A DNA stretch of 64,000 nt, from positions 1,050 through 65,049 of the forward strand of contig CAWBGC010000017.1 in assembly GCA_963788255.1 (NCBI GenBank), given 5' to 3'. The position numbers and the translations under genes were made by a program. Below are positions 55,161-63,799 of this stretch, piece by piece (within the stretch, counting starts at the first letter, position 1; the number at the start of each line of letters is the position of its first letter). The stretch is from an uncultured Acidobacteriota bacterium. GTDB lineage: Bacteria > Acidobacteriota > Terriglobia > Acidiferrales > UBA7541. The notes under the pieces are model-generated. The model worked only from the letters and a program-made list of their open reading frames with translations, had not been told where the DNA came from and searched no databases.

Positions 55161-55579
55161 GCAGGATTTTCTGGGACACAAATCTGTTCATTTATCTCTT
55201 CGAGGGCCAAGGCCCGCTTCATGCTCGAACGATTGGATTGCGGCAAGCCATGCTGGACCGGGGCGACCAACTGGTGACTTCTGCGCTTACGCTCGGCGAG
55301 ATTCTGGTGAAACCGGTCGAGCGCGGAAACCTGGAACTCGCGAGAGAATACGAGGAAGCGATCACGTCGACATCCTTAATGATCTCCTTCGATATCCGGG
55401 CGGCGAGGATATACGCGTCGCTGCGCTGCGATCGTTCGATTCGGGCACCCGATGCCGTGCAACTCGCCTGTGCGGCTGCCGCAGGCGTCGACCTTTTCAT
55501 TACGAACGATGAGCGGCTGGGCACCAAGCAGGTCGATGGTATCCAATTCATCGTGCCGCTCGAACGAGCGCCACTTTGA
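55157..55579 (+). CDS. vapC: PIN-domain toxin (VapC family)
   Basis: MSRIFWDTNLFIYLFEG ... TSALTLGEIL ... DAVQLACAAAAGVDLFITNDERL shows the conserved D, E, D, D/N pattern. Confidence 0.85.
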   Translation: MSRIFWDTNLFIYLFEGQGPLHARTIGLRQAMLDRGDQLVTSALTLGEILVKPVERGNLELAREYEEAITSTSLMISFDIRAARIYASLRCDRSIRAPDAVQLACAAAAGVDLFITNDERLGTKQVDGIQFIVPLERAPL

Positions 55580-55647
55580 GCATCGCCTGAGCGAAACCCA
55601 AGTGTCACCGGTGTGGCTCTTTGCGGGATGGGCGGCGGTGTACTACG

Positions 55648-56757
55648 ATGAGCCTCACGATGGCTGATGCGACAACCTCCAACGCGAAAAACGGTGCGGG
55701 CGAAATGCTCTGGGGCTTCTGGTATCCCGCGCTGCGCAGCGACCAACTCCACGGCCGCAAGCTCGCGCGCGCATTGCTCCTCGGGGTTCCGCTCGTCCTC
55801 GGCCGCGACACGCATGGCAAACCCTTCGCGCTTCGTGACGTTTGTCCTCATCGCGCCTTTCCGCTCTCCTTTGGCCAATTCGATGGCGCAAACGTCGAGT
55901 GCGCCTATCACGGATGGCAATTCGACGCACACTCGGGCCAGTGCCGCGCGATCCCTTCGCTGACGCCTGATTCCAAGCTCCGCTGCGACCGCATCTACGC
56001 CGGCGCCTTTCCTTGCGAAGAGCGCGACGGCCACATCTGGGTTTTCGTGGCAAATCCCGAAGGCCGCGCTCCGGAAACTCCCCCGCCGCCTGCTCCCGAG
56101 CTGCCCACCTTCAGCCCGCACTACCGCATCGCGCATCTTTGGGCCGATCTTCCTTGCGGCGTGGACCAGGCCATCATCGGCCTGATGGATCCCGCGCACG
56201 GCCCTTTCGTCCATCAAGCGTGGTGGTGGCGTTCGCGCCACAGCATCCGCGAAAAATCCAAGCAGTTCGAGCCGATCCCCAACGGTTTTCGCATGAGCCC
56301 GCACGCGCCCTCGGCCAATAGCGCTCCCTACAAGATCCTGAAACTCATCACCGGCGCGCCCGCCACCACCATGATCGATTTCGTCCTCCCCAACATGCGC
56401 TTCGAGCAGATTCGCGCGGGGCGATACTGGCTCTCCAGCCGTACCACTGTGACGCCGATCCGCGGCGATTTCTGCCGACTTGATTTCGTCGCCGCCTGGA
56501 ATATTCTCCCGTGGTTCCCCATCATCTCGCTCATCATTCACGTGCTCGGCCCGCGCTTCATCCGCCAGGACACCGAGGTCATCAAGAAGCAGGCGCTGGG
56601 GCTGCAATACGAGGACCGCATGATGCTGGTGGACGACGCCGATCGCCAGGCCCGCTGGTACTTCGAATTGAAGGCCGCCCACATGGAATCCGAGCGCACC
56701 GGCACGCCTCTTCGCCACCCCCTGACCGGCCCTGTCACCCTCCGATGGCGGTCCTGA
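55648..56757 (+). CDS. Rieske [2Fe-2S] non-heme-iron oxygenase (PaO/Tic55-like family)
   Basis: The Rieske motif is CPHRAFPLS...CAYHGWQFD. The downstream mononuclear-iron region has DPAHGPFVH. Confidence 0.8.
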   Translation: MSLTMADATTSNAKNGAGEMLWGFWYPALRSDQLHGRKLARALLLGVPLVLGRDTHGKPFALRDVCPHRAFPLSFGQFDGANVECAYHGWQFDAHSGQCRAIPSLTPDSKLRCDRIYAGAFPCEERDGHIWVFVANPEGRAPETPPPPAPELPTFSPHYRIAHLWADLPCGVDQAIIGLMDPAHGPFVHQAWWWRSRHSIREKSKQFEPIPNGFRMSPHAPSANSAPYKILKLITGAPATTMIDFVLPNMRFEQIRAGRYWLSSRTTVTPIRGDFCRLDFVAAWNILPWFPIISLIIHVLGPRFIRQDTEVIKKQALGLQYEDRMMLVDDADRQARWYFELKAAHMESERTGTPLRHPLTGPVTLRWRS

Positions 56758-56979
56758 AACCCCGGACGACCTTTCGTACCTTTCGCCCCTGAACCAAACT
56801 TGTACTTTCGGCCAGTTGTACCTCCGCCCCTTCGCGGCGCATATTCGCTTCAGCTTGCAGCATCCTTCTCGGGCGATGGACGGGGGCGTTGCCTTAGGCG
56901 GCTTGTCCCTCTCGCCTCGCAGAAGAACAGTGCGCCCAACCCAGCGCGCCACTGAAGCTTTTCAGGCTTGGGAGGCAAA

Positions 56980-58428
56980 ATGGGCATGCGAATGCGGTTT
57001 CTTCCTGTGGTTCCCCTTTTTCTCGGTGGTCTGAGTTTCGCGCCGCTTGTCTCCGCTGCGGGGACTACTCCGGTGGAGTGCGCTGCGAACGACAATCGCG
57101 TCTGGGTCTACGACTCGTTGACGAGTTTCAGCGTGATCCTGCGCCTGCCCTGTGGCGAACAGGTCGAGATCATCAGCCGCGTGAAGGGTTACGTCAAGAT
57201 TCGCACGGCCGACGGCAAGGAAGGCTACGTCCCTGACAGCGCCTTCCCGGATCTACCTCCCTACATCGATCCCAACAGCAATAATCCCACCGAAGGCCTC
57301 GCGAGCTTGATTCGATCCAGACAAAAGATAGCCGCGCACCCTGTCGTCGCTGTGTCCGCTCCGGCGAGCGCACCCAACAGTCCGGTGACGTCCGCTGCGA
57401 TCGTGGCCAATCCGCCTGAATCTTCTCCAGCCGCGCCGCCTGCCATCGCGGCAAGCGCGTCTCCCGTGTCGGAACCAGCAAGCTCAATAGCTGTCCCCGT
57501 TCGCACTCCTGCGGTGGCTTCGGCATCCGCGCCGTCCAATGCGAGCATTCCCGCTGCGGCAGATTCTACGACCGCCGCTGTGCGCGTGAAGCCTGTTTCC
57601 GTCGCACCGAAGAAAGTGAAACCGGCCGCCAAGAAGCCCAGCACGCAGCAGCCTCCGGAGGCGCCGAGCGTTACGCCTTCCATCGCTTCGTCTGACTCGC
57701 CTGCCTCGGTGAACCACTCGCAGGCCAGGTCCGTCGCCGCGCGGTCCAACACTTCAAAGGCTTCGGACAACAATGACGTTCAAGTGGTCGTCCTCTCCTC
57801 CGGTCCGGTGAACACGACTCCGCGAATCGAATCGGCCGTGGAAACGAAACCCGCGGCGGTTGAAGCGAACGCAAAACAACCCATGGCAACTGCAGCTCTC
57901 CGTCCCGTTGCCGATTCGTCCGATTCCGATTCGGAGGACTATCCGGAAATCCGGCCGGAAGACCAAAGCGCCGACCCAGCCTGCCAGATATTCTTCTCCG
58001 CTTACGGTCTGGCTCCGGCTCAGGCCCGCTGGATCGCCCAGGAGCGCAAGAAGAAGTATCCGGGGATTTGCCCCGCTGCGTCTCCCGCCAAGGTGGATTT
58101 CGTGATGATCTTCACGCACGACGTGGATATTTATAACTCCACGCTGCCGGACCCCGTTCACGTGGACAAAAACGGCTTTTCAGATTTCAATCCGGTAACC
58201 ACTGTGGATACGGCCTTGATGCCCCAGGCCGCGGCGGACAAGGCCCATCACCAGTTTGTCTGGGTCTTCCGCACAAAGCGCGGCGCCTTTGACCCGTCTC
58301 GGTTCTCGCCGCGACGCCGTCCACAATTCACCAAGGACGAAGCGAATTCTTTGACTGCTTCGCACGCGGCCGACCGCAGCATCGAGGATGCCTTCCAGTT
58401 TATGGAGGAGCAAGGCACCACGAGATAG
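56980..58428 (+). CDS. Secreted protein: SH3b-like domain, long Ala/Ser/Pro-rich linker, C-terminal globular domain
   Basis: There is a signal peptide (...FLPVVPLFLGGLSFAPLVSA). An SH3-like segment follows (VEIISRVKGYVKIRTADGKEGYVPDSAF). Then comes a low-complexity tract of about 200 aa. Confidence 0.65.
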   Translation: MGMRMRFLPVVPLFLGGLSFAPLVSAAGTTPVECAANDNRVWVYDSLTSFSVILRLPCGEQVEIISRVKGYVKIRTADGKEGYVPDSAFPDLPPYIDPNSNNPTEGLASLIRSRQKIAAHPVVAVSAPASAPNSPVTSAAIVANPPESSPAAPPAIAASASPVSEPASSIAVPVRTPAVASASAPSNASIPAAADSTTAAVRVKPVSVAPKKVKPAAKKPSTQQPPEAPSVTPSIASSDSPASVNHSQARSVAARSNTSKASDNNDVQVVVLSSGPVNTTPRIESAVETKPAAVEANAKQPMATAALRPVADSSDSDSEDYPEIRPEDQSADPACQIFFSAYGLAPAQARWIAQERKKKYPGICPAASPAKVDFVMIFTHDVDIYNSTLPDPVHVDKNGFSDFNPVTTVDTALMPQAAADKAHHQFVWVFRTKRGAFDPSRFSPRRRPQFTKDEANSLTASHAADRSIEDAFQFMEEQGTTR

Positions 58429-58497
58429 CAGCGCCGGTTGCTGCCGCTCAGGCCTAAGAAGTTATTGTGATGATTCCAGTGCGTCGCGCGAGTGGCG

Positions 58498-59130
58498 CTA
58501 ACGGAGCCTGGCCAGATTGAACGTTGTTTCCACGTGTTGGCCGTCCGCCGTGTCCACTTTGATCGTCGCCGGCGCGGAGTCAATTTTCTTCGGGTCGTAA
58601 CGCAGCTCCAGGATCGCTCCCGCCAGTCCAAAGACATTCGCGGATGCATCCGAATAAATCAGATAAACGCTGTGCGACTTTGCTGGAATTGTCTTGTCCT
58701 GGTCCAACTGAACGTGGAAGTCCTGCCACCAATCGGGGACCGGCTGAATGGTCAGCGTCGGGCCGGCCGGACCGGGCTCAGGATACGTCGCCGTAAAATC
58801 GATCTGAACGCGCACCATGAAATCGAGGGGTTTCCCCAGGAATTCCTGCTCGGCCTCCTGAGCGTAATAGCCGGCCTGCCCGCCGCGCTCCACAACCTGA
58901 CTGAAAGGAGTTGACACGCTGACCACTGCCACATGCGGTCCTTTTTTCGGCATCGGCAGGCTATGGCTGTAGGGAAGGAAAAAATCTGCAGTCTGCTCGT
59001 CGTTCCGTGCGCCGATAAAATAGGCCTCGCGGATACTGGTTGACGAAAGCGGATAAAGAAGCGCCATGGCGGGCAGCGCAACTGCCGCCACGAGCAAAAC
59101 CAAGAATCCGATTCGAGCTTTTGTCCTCAT
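58498..59130 (-). CDS. Secreted hypothetical protein
   Basis: The signal peptide is MRTKARIGFLVLLVAAVALPAMA. It lies 60 nt downstream of the membrane protein gene on the same strand. Confidence 0.6.
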   Translation of the reverse strand: MRTKARIGFLVLLVAAVALPAMALLYPLSSTSIREAYFIGARNDEQTADFFLPYSHSLPMPKKGPHVAVVSVSTPFSQVVERGGQAGYYAQEAEQEFLGKPLDFMVRVQIDFTATYPEPGPAGPTLTIQPVPDWWQDFHVQLDQDKTIPAKSHSVYLIYSDASANVFGLAGAILELRYDPKKIDSAPATIKVDTADGQHVETTFNLARLR

Positions 59131-59190
59131 CGCGGCCTTCCACCCTTATGTTTTTAGACGCGGGGAAGGCTGCCGGGTTACCGTCCCAGC

Positions 59191-59973
59191 TCAGCCCGCA
59201 AGGCCGATCAAGAACGGATAGTGCTCCGCGGCACCCATGAAGAACAGCATCGGAAACGACAGCCAGAATCCCACGCGCGAGGCCAGAAAACTCCAGCGCG
59301 CCAGCCGCTCTGCTTCCGTCGGCATCGGCGTTCCATCCGCAGCGCTCGCGCGCGTCCAGGCGATCAGGCGTTTCTGCGCGCGCCACACCACGCCCCAGGT
59401 ATTCAGCAGCATCAGCAAGCCGATTCCGCCGCCCACGCCGATGGCCTGATGCGCGTTCGAGGATTGTGCGCCGGACGCCAAATCGAGCACCACCCAAGAA
59501 GCAGCAACGACGATGATCGCGATGGCGATTGCACGCACCCACGGATTGTTGAGAATTCCACTGCTCGGAATCTGAAATGGATAAATCAGCGCGTAGGCGG
59601 CAAGCCAGACCAGCGTCCACCATCCAAACCAGTGGACGGTGAGCGACGGGTTCCCGGCATTCCGTGCGTCGTCGGAAAGAATGATGGCAAAATAGCGCAG
59701 CCCCACGAGCACCGTGATCAGCGCCGACCAGCGGAACCACCACATCGCCCGCTCCATCAGCAGGGGATAAATCTTTCCGCGCACGGACGCATCGAGCTGC
59801 TTCATCATGGGGAAGCCGACCAGGTTGAAAAAATAGAGCAGCCCGATCCAGATGAATCCCGCCACAAGATGAATCCAGCGCAGCACGATCTGCTCGTTCA
59901 TCGCCGCACTGCTGGAAAAGTTGATCTGCGGCGCAAGGCCATGAAGAAAAACCGACGCGTGAGTGATCATCAT
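59191..59973 (-). CDS. Integral membrane protein with a PuuD-N-terminal-like motif
   Basis: LRWIHLVAGFIWIGLLYFFNLV resembles the membrane domain of urate hydroxylase PuuD-type proteins as I remember it. It has 5-6 TM helices. The start may be the ATG at 59901. Confidence 0.5.
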   Translation of the reverse strand: MMITHASVFLHGLAPQINFSSSAAMNEQIVLRWIHLVAGFIWIGLLYFFNLVGFPMMKQLDASVRGKIYPLLMERAMWWFRWSALITVLVGLRYFAIILSDDARNAGNPSLTVHWFGWWTLVWLAAYALIYPFQIPSSGILNNPWVRAIAIAIIVVAASWVVLDLASGAQSSNAHQAIGVGGGIGLLMLLNTWGVVWRAQKRLIAWTRASAADGTPMPTEAERLARWSFLASRVGFWLSFPMLFFMGAAEHYPFLIGLAG

Positions 59974-60040
59974 TTTTCGGATGCCTCCTGCGCTGCAAAG
60001 ACTCCGGCGGCGCTACGCTATGCGAAGCAAACGCCGGAAG

Positions 60041-61225
60041 TCAATCCGAAGCGTGCAGCCGCGCCAGGGCCCAGCGGGCGTGCTCGGCGATGAGCGCGTC
60101 TTCCGAAGAAACGAGACGCTCGAGCAAGGCGACGACGCGCGCCCCCGCCGGGGATTCGGCCGCAATCCTCGAATTTCCCAGCGCGACACACGCGTTGCGG
60201 ACAATCCCGTGCCACTTCGCCCGCTTCACTGCGCTTCCACGGAATGCTTCGCTGAGTTCCTTTTGATCGAGCGATGCCAGCCACTCCAGCTCCGGCGCGA
60301 AAAGCGATTTGCTGCTTTCCTGTGCCTCCGTTTGATTTTTCCGCGCGGCAGCGAATTCGCGCGGTTGAAATTCCGCGAGGCGAGTTACGGGCGCCTTGCG
60401 ATTCCACGGGCAGACGTCCTGGCAGATATCGCAACCGAAGGCATGGGCGCCGATTTGTGGACGAAGTTCCTCGGGAATCGCGCCGCGCAGCTCGATCGTG
60501 AGATAGGAGATGCAGCGGCGCGCGTCGAGCACGTAGGGTTCGGGGAACGCCTGCGTGGGGCACGCATCGAGGCAGCGCGTGCAGCTTCCGCACAGGTCGG
60601 GCGGCGGTGCCTCGCCCGGCGCAATGCTCGGCGCGAGCTCCAGCGTCGGGAGGATGACTCCGAGAAACAGCCACGAGCCAAGCTGCTGGTTGATCAGGCA
60701 TGTATTCTTCGCAAGCCAGCCGAGGCCGGCATGTTTCGCGGCGACGCGTTCGAGAATCGGGCCCGTGTCCACGTACACGCGGGCTTCGAACGGCTCTTGG
60801 AACTCCGCGCGCATGGCTGCGACAAGCGCGTTGAGTTTCTCGCAGAGGACATCGTGGTAATCGTCGCCCCAGGCGTAGCGCGAAATCCAGCCACGCGGAT
60901 TTTCGCGGTTCGGAGCCGCGGCCGCTTCGGTCGAGTAGGGCTGCGGCGAGTTGTAATTCAGCGCGACGACGATCAGGCTGCGCGCGCCTTCCAGGACGAG
61001 CCGCGGATCTCGCCGGCGAGGATCGTGCAGGTACTTCATCTCTCCCGCGTATCCGCGCGCGAGCCATTCCGGAAGATGGGCGAGATCCTCGAGCGCGCCG
61101 GCAGACGCGACGCCGCTCAAATCGAATCCGAGCGCGCGTGCCCGCTCGGCGATCCAGCGGGACCGTTCCGCGGGAGTCTTGCAGATGCCTGCGCCGTCCT
61201 CGCGATTTGTCCGTTCACCTTGCAA
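60041..61225 (-). CDS. queG: Epoxyqueuosine reductase
   Basis: Two 4Fe-4S motifs (CGSCTRCLDACP, CDICQDVCPWN) are present, along with a cobalamin-domain context and a C-terminal HEAT-like region. Confidence 0.9.
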   Translation of the reverse strand: MQGERTNREDGAGICKTPAERSRWIAERARALGFDLSGVASAGALEDLAHLPEWLARGYAGEMKYLHDPRRRDPRLVLEGARSLIVVALNYNSPQPYSTEAAAAPNRENPRGWISRYAWGDDYHDVLCEKLNALVAAMRAEFQEPFEARVYVDTGPILERVAAKHAGLGWLAKNTCLINQQLGSWLFLGVILPTLELAPSIAPGEAPPPDLCGSCTRCLDACPTQAFPEPYVLDARRCISYLTIELRGAIPEELRPQIGAHAFGCDICQDVCPWNRKAPVTRLAEFQPREFAAARKNQTEAQESSKSLFAPELEWLASLDQKELSEAFRGSAVKRAKWHGIVRNACVALGNSRIAAESPAGARVVALLERLVSSEDALIAEHARWALARLHASD

Positions 61226-61276
61226 ATCCCTTCCTCCATTGGCCTATCTGCCGCGCGACTGTTACAATGATTCGCC

Positions 61277-62374
61277 ATGGCAGACTGGCGGCAAATCCAG
61301 GCGCGCATCCGCAAGGCGAAAAACGCTCCGGACGCGCATGCAAAACTATCCGAACTCTACCAGCGCACGCGCGACGCGATGGTGGCGTGGGAGCTGGCGC
61401 TGCTCGAAGAGAAGGCGCTCGTCCAGAGTGAAGCAGTGAAATGGTACACCATCGCCGCGCAGCGATTCCGCCGCGCCGAATGGAAAAAGAAGGCTGAGGA
61501 GGCGCTGACACGCCTGGGAGCGGAGCTGCCGGTTGCCGCGACGGACCATCCGCCCATCGCGGAAGAGAAACCACAGGCACCGAATTTCCCGGCACAGGAA
61601 GAGGGCGAAACGCCTGCGCAGCTCGCACTCGGTGAAATTTCGGAAGACCATGCGGCCGCTGCGCCATCGGAAACGGAATCCATCGCTTCAGTAGGCGCGG
61701 CAGGCGACGCCTTGCACAAGAAGCGGCGTCGCGGGCGCCGCGGAGGACGCGGCCGGCGGCGCAAAGGTCCTGGAGGCGCGACCGGGCTTCCCTCGCAGGC
61801 TTTCGCGGAATCAGCAGCGCCATCGCACCAGCCGCCCCGCCACGAAGCGCCCAAGCCAGCGGCATTCGAGCGGCCTGCTGTCGAATCGCGCACAGTTCAT
61901 GAGGCGCCGGCCTTGCAGTTACCCTCCGAGCGCACGGCGCACGGACGCGCCGGGGATCCCGCGCTGGCCTCGCGGATGGCGCAACTTGAATCCATGCTGC
62001 GCCGCCTGCTCTCGAGCCCGCTGCATCGGCTGGACCAAAGCGACGAGGCGCCTGCCGGTCCGGGAGTGTTCCTGCTTTCGGACTCCGATCAAATTACGTC
62101 GTACTACATCGAGGCTTGCCAGACGCTCCGCATCGGCCTGGGGAATCTCGCGCGCGGAGGCCGCGGCAGCGCGAAATCGGGCCGCGGTGGCCGAAGCTAC
62201 TCCGATAGCGGCCTGAAAGCCAAGCTGGCCGAACATTTGGGAATCAACGAAACCAAGGTATCGCAGTATTTGAAGGACCACTGCGTTGTCCGGTGGATTC
62301 AGCTCGACGACGACGCCCCGCTGCTGGCGCACTTCGCCATCAGCGTCCTGCGCACGCCCCTCAATCTTGACTAG
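61277..62374 (+). CDS. Hypothetical protein: helical N-terminus, disordered Arg/Gly-rich centre, GIY-YIG-like C-terminal region
   Basis: The centre reads KKRRRGRRGGRGRRRKGPGG. The C-terminal GVFLLSDSDQITSYYIEACQTLRIGLGNLAR resembles the GIY...YIG...R layout, with the YIG Gly replaced. Confidence 0.55.
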   Translation: MADWRQIQARIRKAKNAPDAHAKLSELYQRTRDAMVAWELALLEEKALVQSEAVKWYTIAAQRFRRAEWKKKAEEALTRLGAELPVAATDHPPIAEEKPQAPNFPAQEEGETPAQLALGEISEDHAAAAPSETESIASVGAAGDALHKKRRRGRRGGRGRRRKGPGGATGLPSQAFAESAAPSHQPPRHEAPKPAAFERPAVESRTVHEAPALQLPSERTAHGRAGDPALASRMAQLESMLRRLLSSPLHRLDQSDEAPAGPGVFLLSDSDQITSYYIEACQTLRIGLGNLARGGRGSAKSGRGGRSYSDSGLKAKLAEHLGINETKVSQYLKDHCVVRWIQLDDDAPLLAHFAISVLRTPLNLD

Positions 62375-62485
62375 CCCGTTGGATTCTTCCAGAACTTTTG
62401 TTGACGGCTTCCCGCCGCCATTCTAGTCGTCGGGAATGCAAGCATACGCCGCACTGAAGGCGTCTAAGAATTCCTTTGAAATGCC

Positions 62486-62520
62486 GCAAAAAAGGGCGTC
62501 CGAAAATTGCCGGACGCCCC
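62486..62520 (-). terminator. Rho-independent terminator (minus strand)
   Basis: A 9-bp GC stem forms between GGGCGTCCG (62494-62502) and CGGACGCCC (62511-62519) with an 8-nt loop. On the minus strand it is followed by TTTTTT (the A-run at 62488-62493). Confidence 0.6.
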
Positions 62521-62543
62521 TCTTGCGAGAGCGATTCGCGAAA

Positions 62544-63071
62544 CTAGAACGTCAGGTGCAACTGCAACATCAGGAACCGCGGGCTCCCAATCGTATGTTG
62601 AATCAGTCCCAAGCTGCCCTGGGGCGGGATCGAAGGCGGACCCTCATAGTACGGGAAGAAATCCACGTCGTTGTTGGGCGTGTCGAAATCGGGATGGTTG
62701 AAGATGTTGAACGCGTCAGCTTCGAAGCGCAGGCCGAAGCGCTCCGTGAGAGTGAACTGCTTGGCCAGACTCATATCGAACCGCACCTGGAAAGGACCCC
62801 GGAACGTGTTCCGGCCCGTGGTTCCATAGAGTGACTCGTAGAGGTCGCATCCCGTCGAGTCACAGGGAGGCACTCCGTTCGTGCCGGGGGCGACAAACTG
62901 CGGCAGAAAATCGTTGGCATTGAGCACAGGGTTGTTCGCGTTAACGCCGGTGGTTCCCTGCAGTTCCGCCTGCTTGGGAGTTACGCCGGGGGCGAGAGGG
63001 ACGATGGGGTTCCCAATCTCGTCGAGGGTTCCAAAATACAGGCTGCCCACCGAACTCGGGCAGGGGCGCAT
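62544..63071 (-). pseudogene. C-terminal fragment of a TonB-dependent receptor
   Basis: Only the last ~170 aa of a barrel are present (...RFEADAFNIFNHPDFDTP...LMLQLHLTF, ending in the terminal aromatic). There is no plug or N-terminal barrel upstream. Antitoxin-derived sequence abuts it instead. Confidence 0.65.
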
Positions 63072-63086
63072 CGAAATCCTTACGGG

Positions 63087-63263
63087 TCACTCGAGCCTGC
63101 CGCGCCAAAATCCCGGCCGGCGCGGCTCCTCGCGTGACGGCAGCGGAACGAGCCGGGCGCGCGGCGTGCCGGCCTTGGCAATGACGATCTCCTCGCCCGC
63201 CGCCGCGAGCGCCAGATGCGAGAGCTGGGTCTTGGCCTCGTAGATGTTGACTGTCTGCGCCAT
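63087..63263 (-). CDS. Phd/YefM-family antitoxin, orphan and apparently frameshifted at its C-terminus
   Basis: MAQTVNIYEAKTQLSHLALAAAGEEIVIAKAGTPRARLVP is a Phd N-terminus. The expected tail (...DFDAPLPE) is encoded just downstream in a different frame (63030-63056). No toxin gene follows. Confidence 0.65.
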   Translation of the reverse strand: MAQTVNIYEAKTQLSHLALAAAGEEIVIAKAGTPRARLVPLPSREEPRRPGFWRGRLE

Positions 63264-63273
63264 GCGATTCACT

Positions 63274-63324
63274 GGTCAATTTGGTCAAGATACGTCGGGA
63301 TGGATATTTAGTCAAGTTAGTCAA
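63274..63324. promoter_or_regulatory. Operator-like hexamer repeats upstream of the antitoxin gene
   Basis: GGTCAA-TTT-GGTCAA (63274-63288) and AGTCAA-GTT-AGTCAA (63310-63324). On the coding (minus) strand these read TTGACC/TTGACT, which are also -35-like. Confidence 0.35.
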
Positions 63325-63384
63325 ATATAGCCGCAAGGGTCGGGCTGACCCGCACAAAAAGGCGCGGCCAGCCGAGCAGGCGGA

Positions 63385-63418
63385 CCAAAACGAAGAAAGC
63401 CGGGCGTCATGCCCGGCT
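63385..63418 (-). terminator. Rho-independent terminator downstream of the DUF992-like gene
   Basis: The stem is AGCCGGGC (63398-63405) paired with GCCCGGCT (63411-63418), with loop GTCAT. On the minus strand it is followed by TTTCTTCGTTTT. Confidence 0.6.
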
Positions 63419-63478
63419 TCCCTCAGAATTGCTTGAGCTTGCGACAGGGCAATCCGCGGACCGCCCGCCGAGCTCGCC

Positions 63479-63799
63479 TTACGGCTGGAAGGTAAGGCTG
63501 ATGGCGCCGATGCCTGCGGCGACGTTCACGCCCTGCATGCCCTCGAGGCTTACGGGCTGCAAGGTGAACGAATTGCCGGAGCCACCCACCAACGCATTCG
63601 CGGCGGCGCCGGCACCGACGGATGCGCCGGCGGTCGCGCCGACATACTCGCCGGCGAGGGAGCCGGGCGCGATGGCGGCGGTGGGCGCGAACACCGCCCA
63701 AACGATCACGCCGCCTTCCTGGTAGCCGATGTCGACGCCGTACTTGTTGATGACGCCGGCATAATGCTCGCCGCGATGCCCGGTCGGGCTGAAATTGCA
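63479..63799 (-). CDS. DUF992-like secreted protein, C-terminal two-thirds; start unresolved and possibly frameshifted
   Basis: The in-frame translation CNFSPTGHRGEHYAGVINKYGVDIGYQEGGVIVWAVFAPTAAIAPGSLAGEYVGATAGASVGAGAAANALVGGSGNSFTLQPVSLEGMQGVNVAAGIGAISLTFQP matches the DUF992 pattern as I remember it. There is no canonical start codon in this frame upstream of the GTG at 63709. Confidence 0.45.
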   Translation of the reverse strand, partial: CNFSPTGHRGEHYAGVINKYGVDIGYQEGGVIVWAVFAPTAAIAPGSLAGEYVGATAGASVGAGAAANALVGGSGNSFTLQPVSLEGMQGVNVAAGIGAISLTFQP

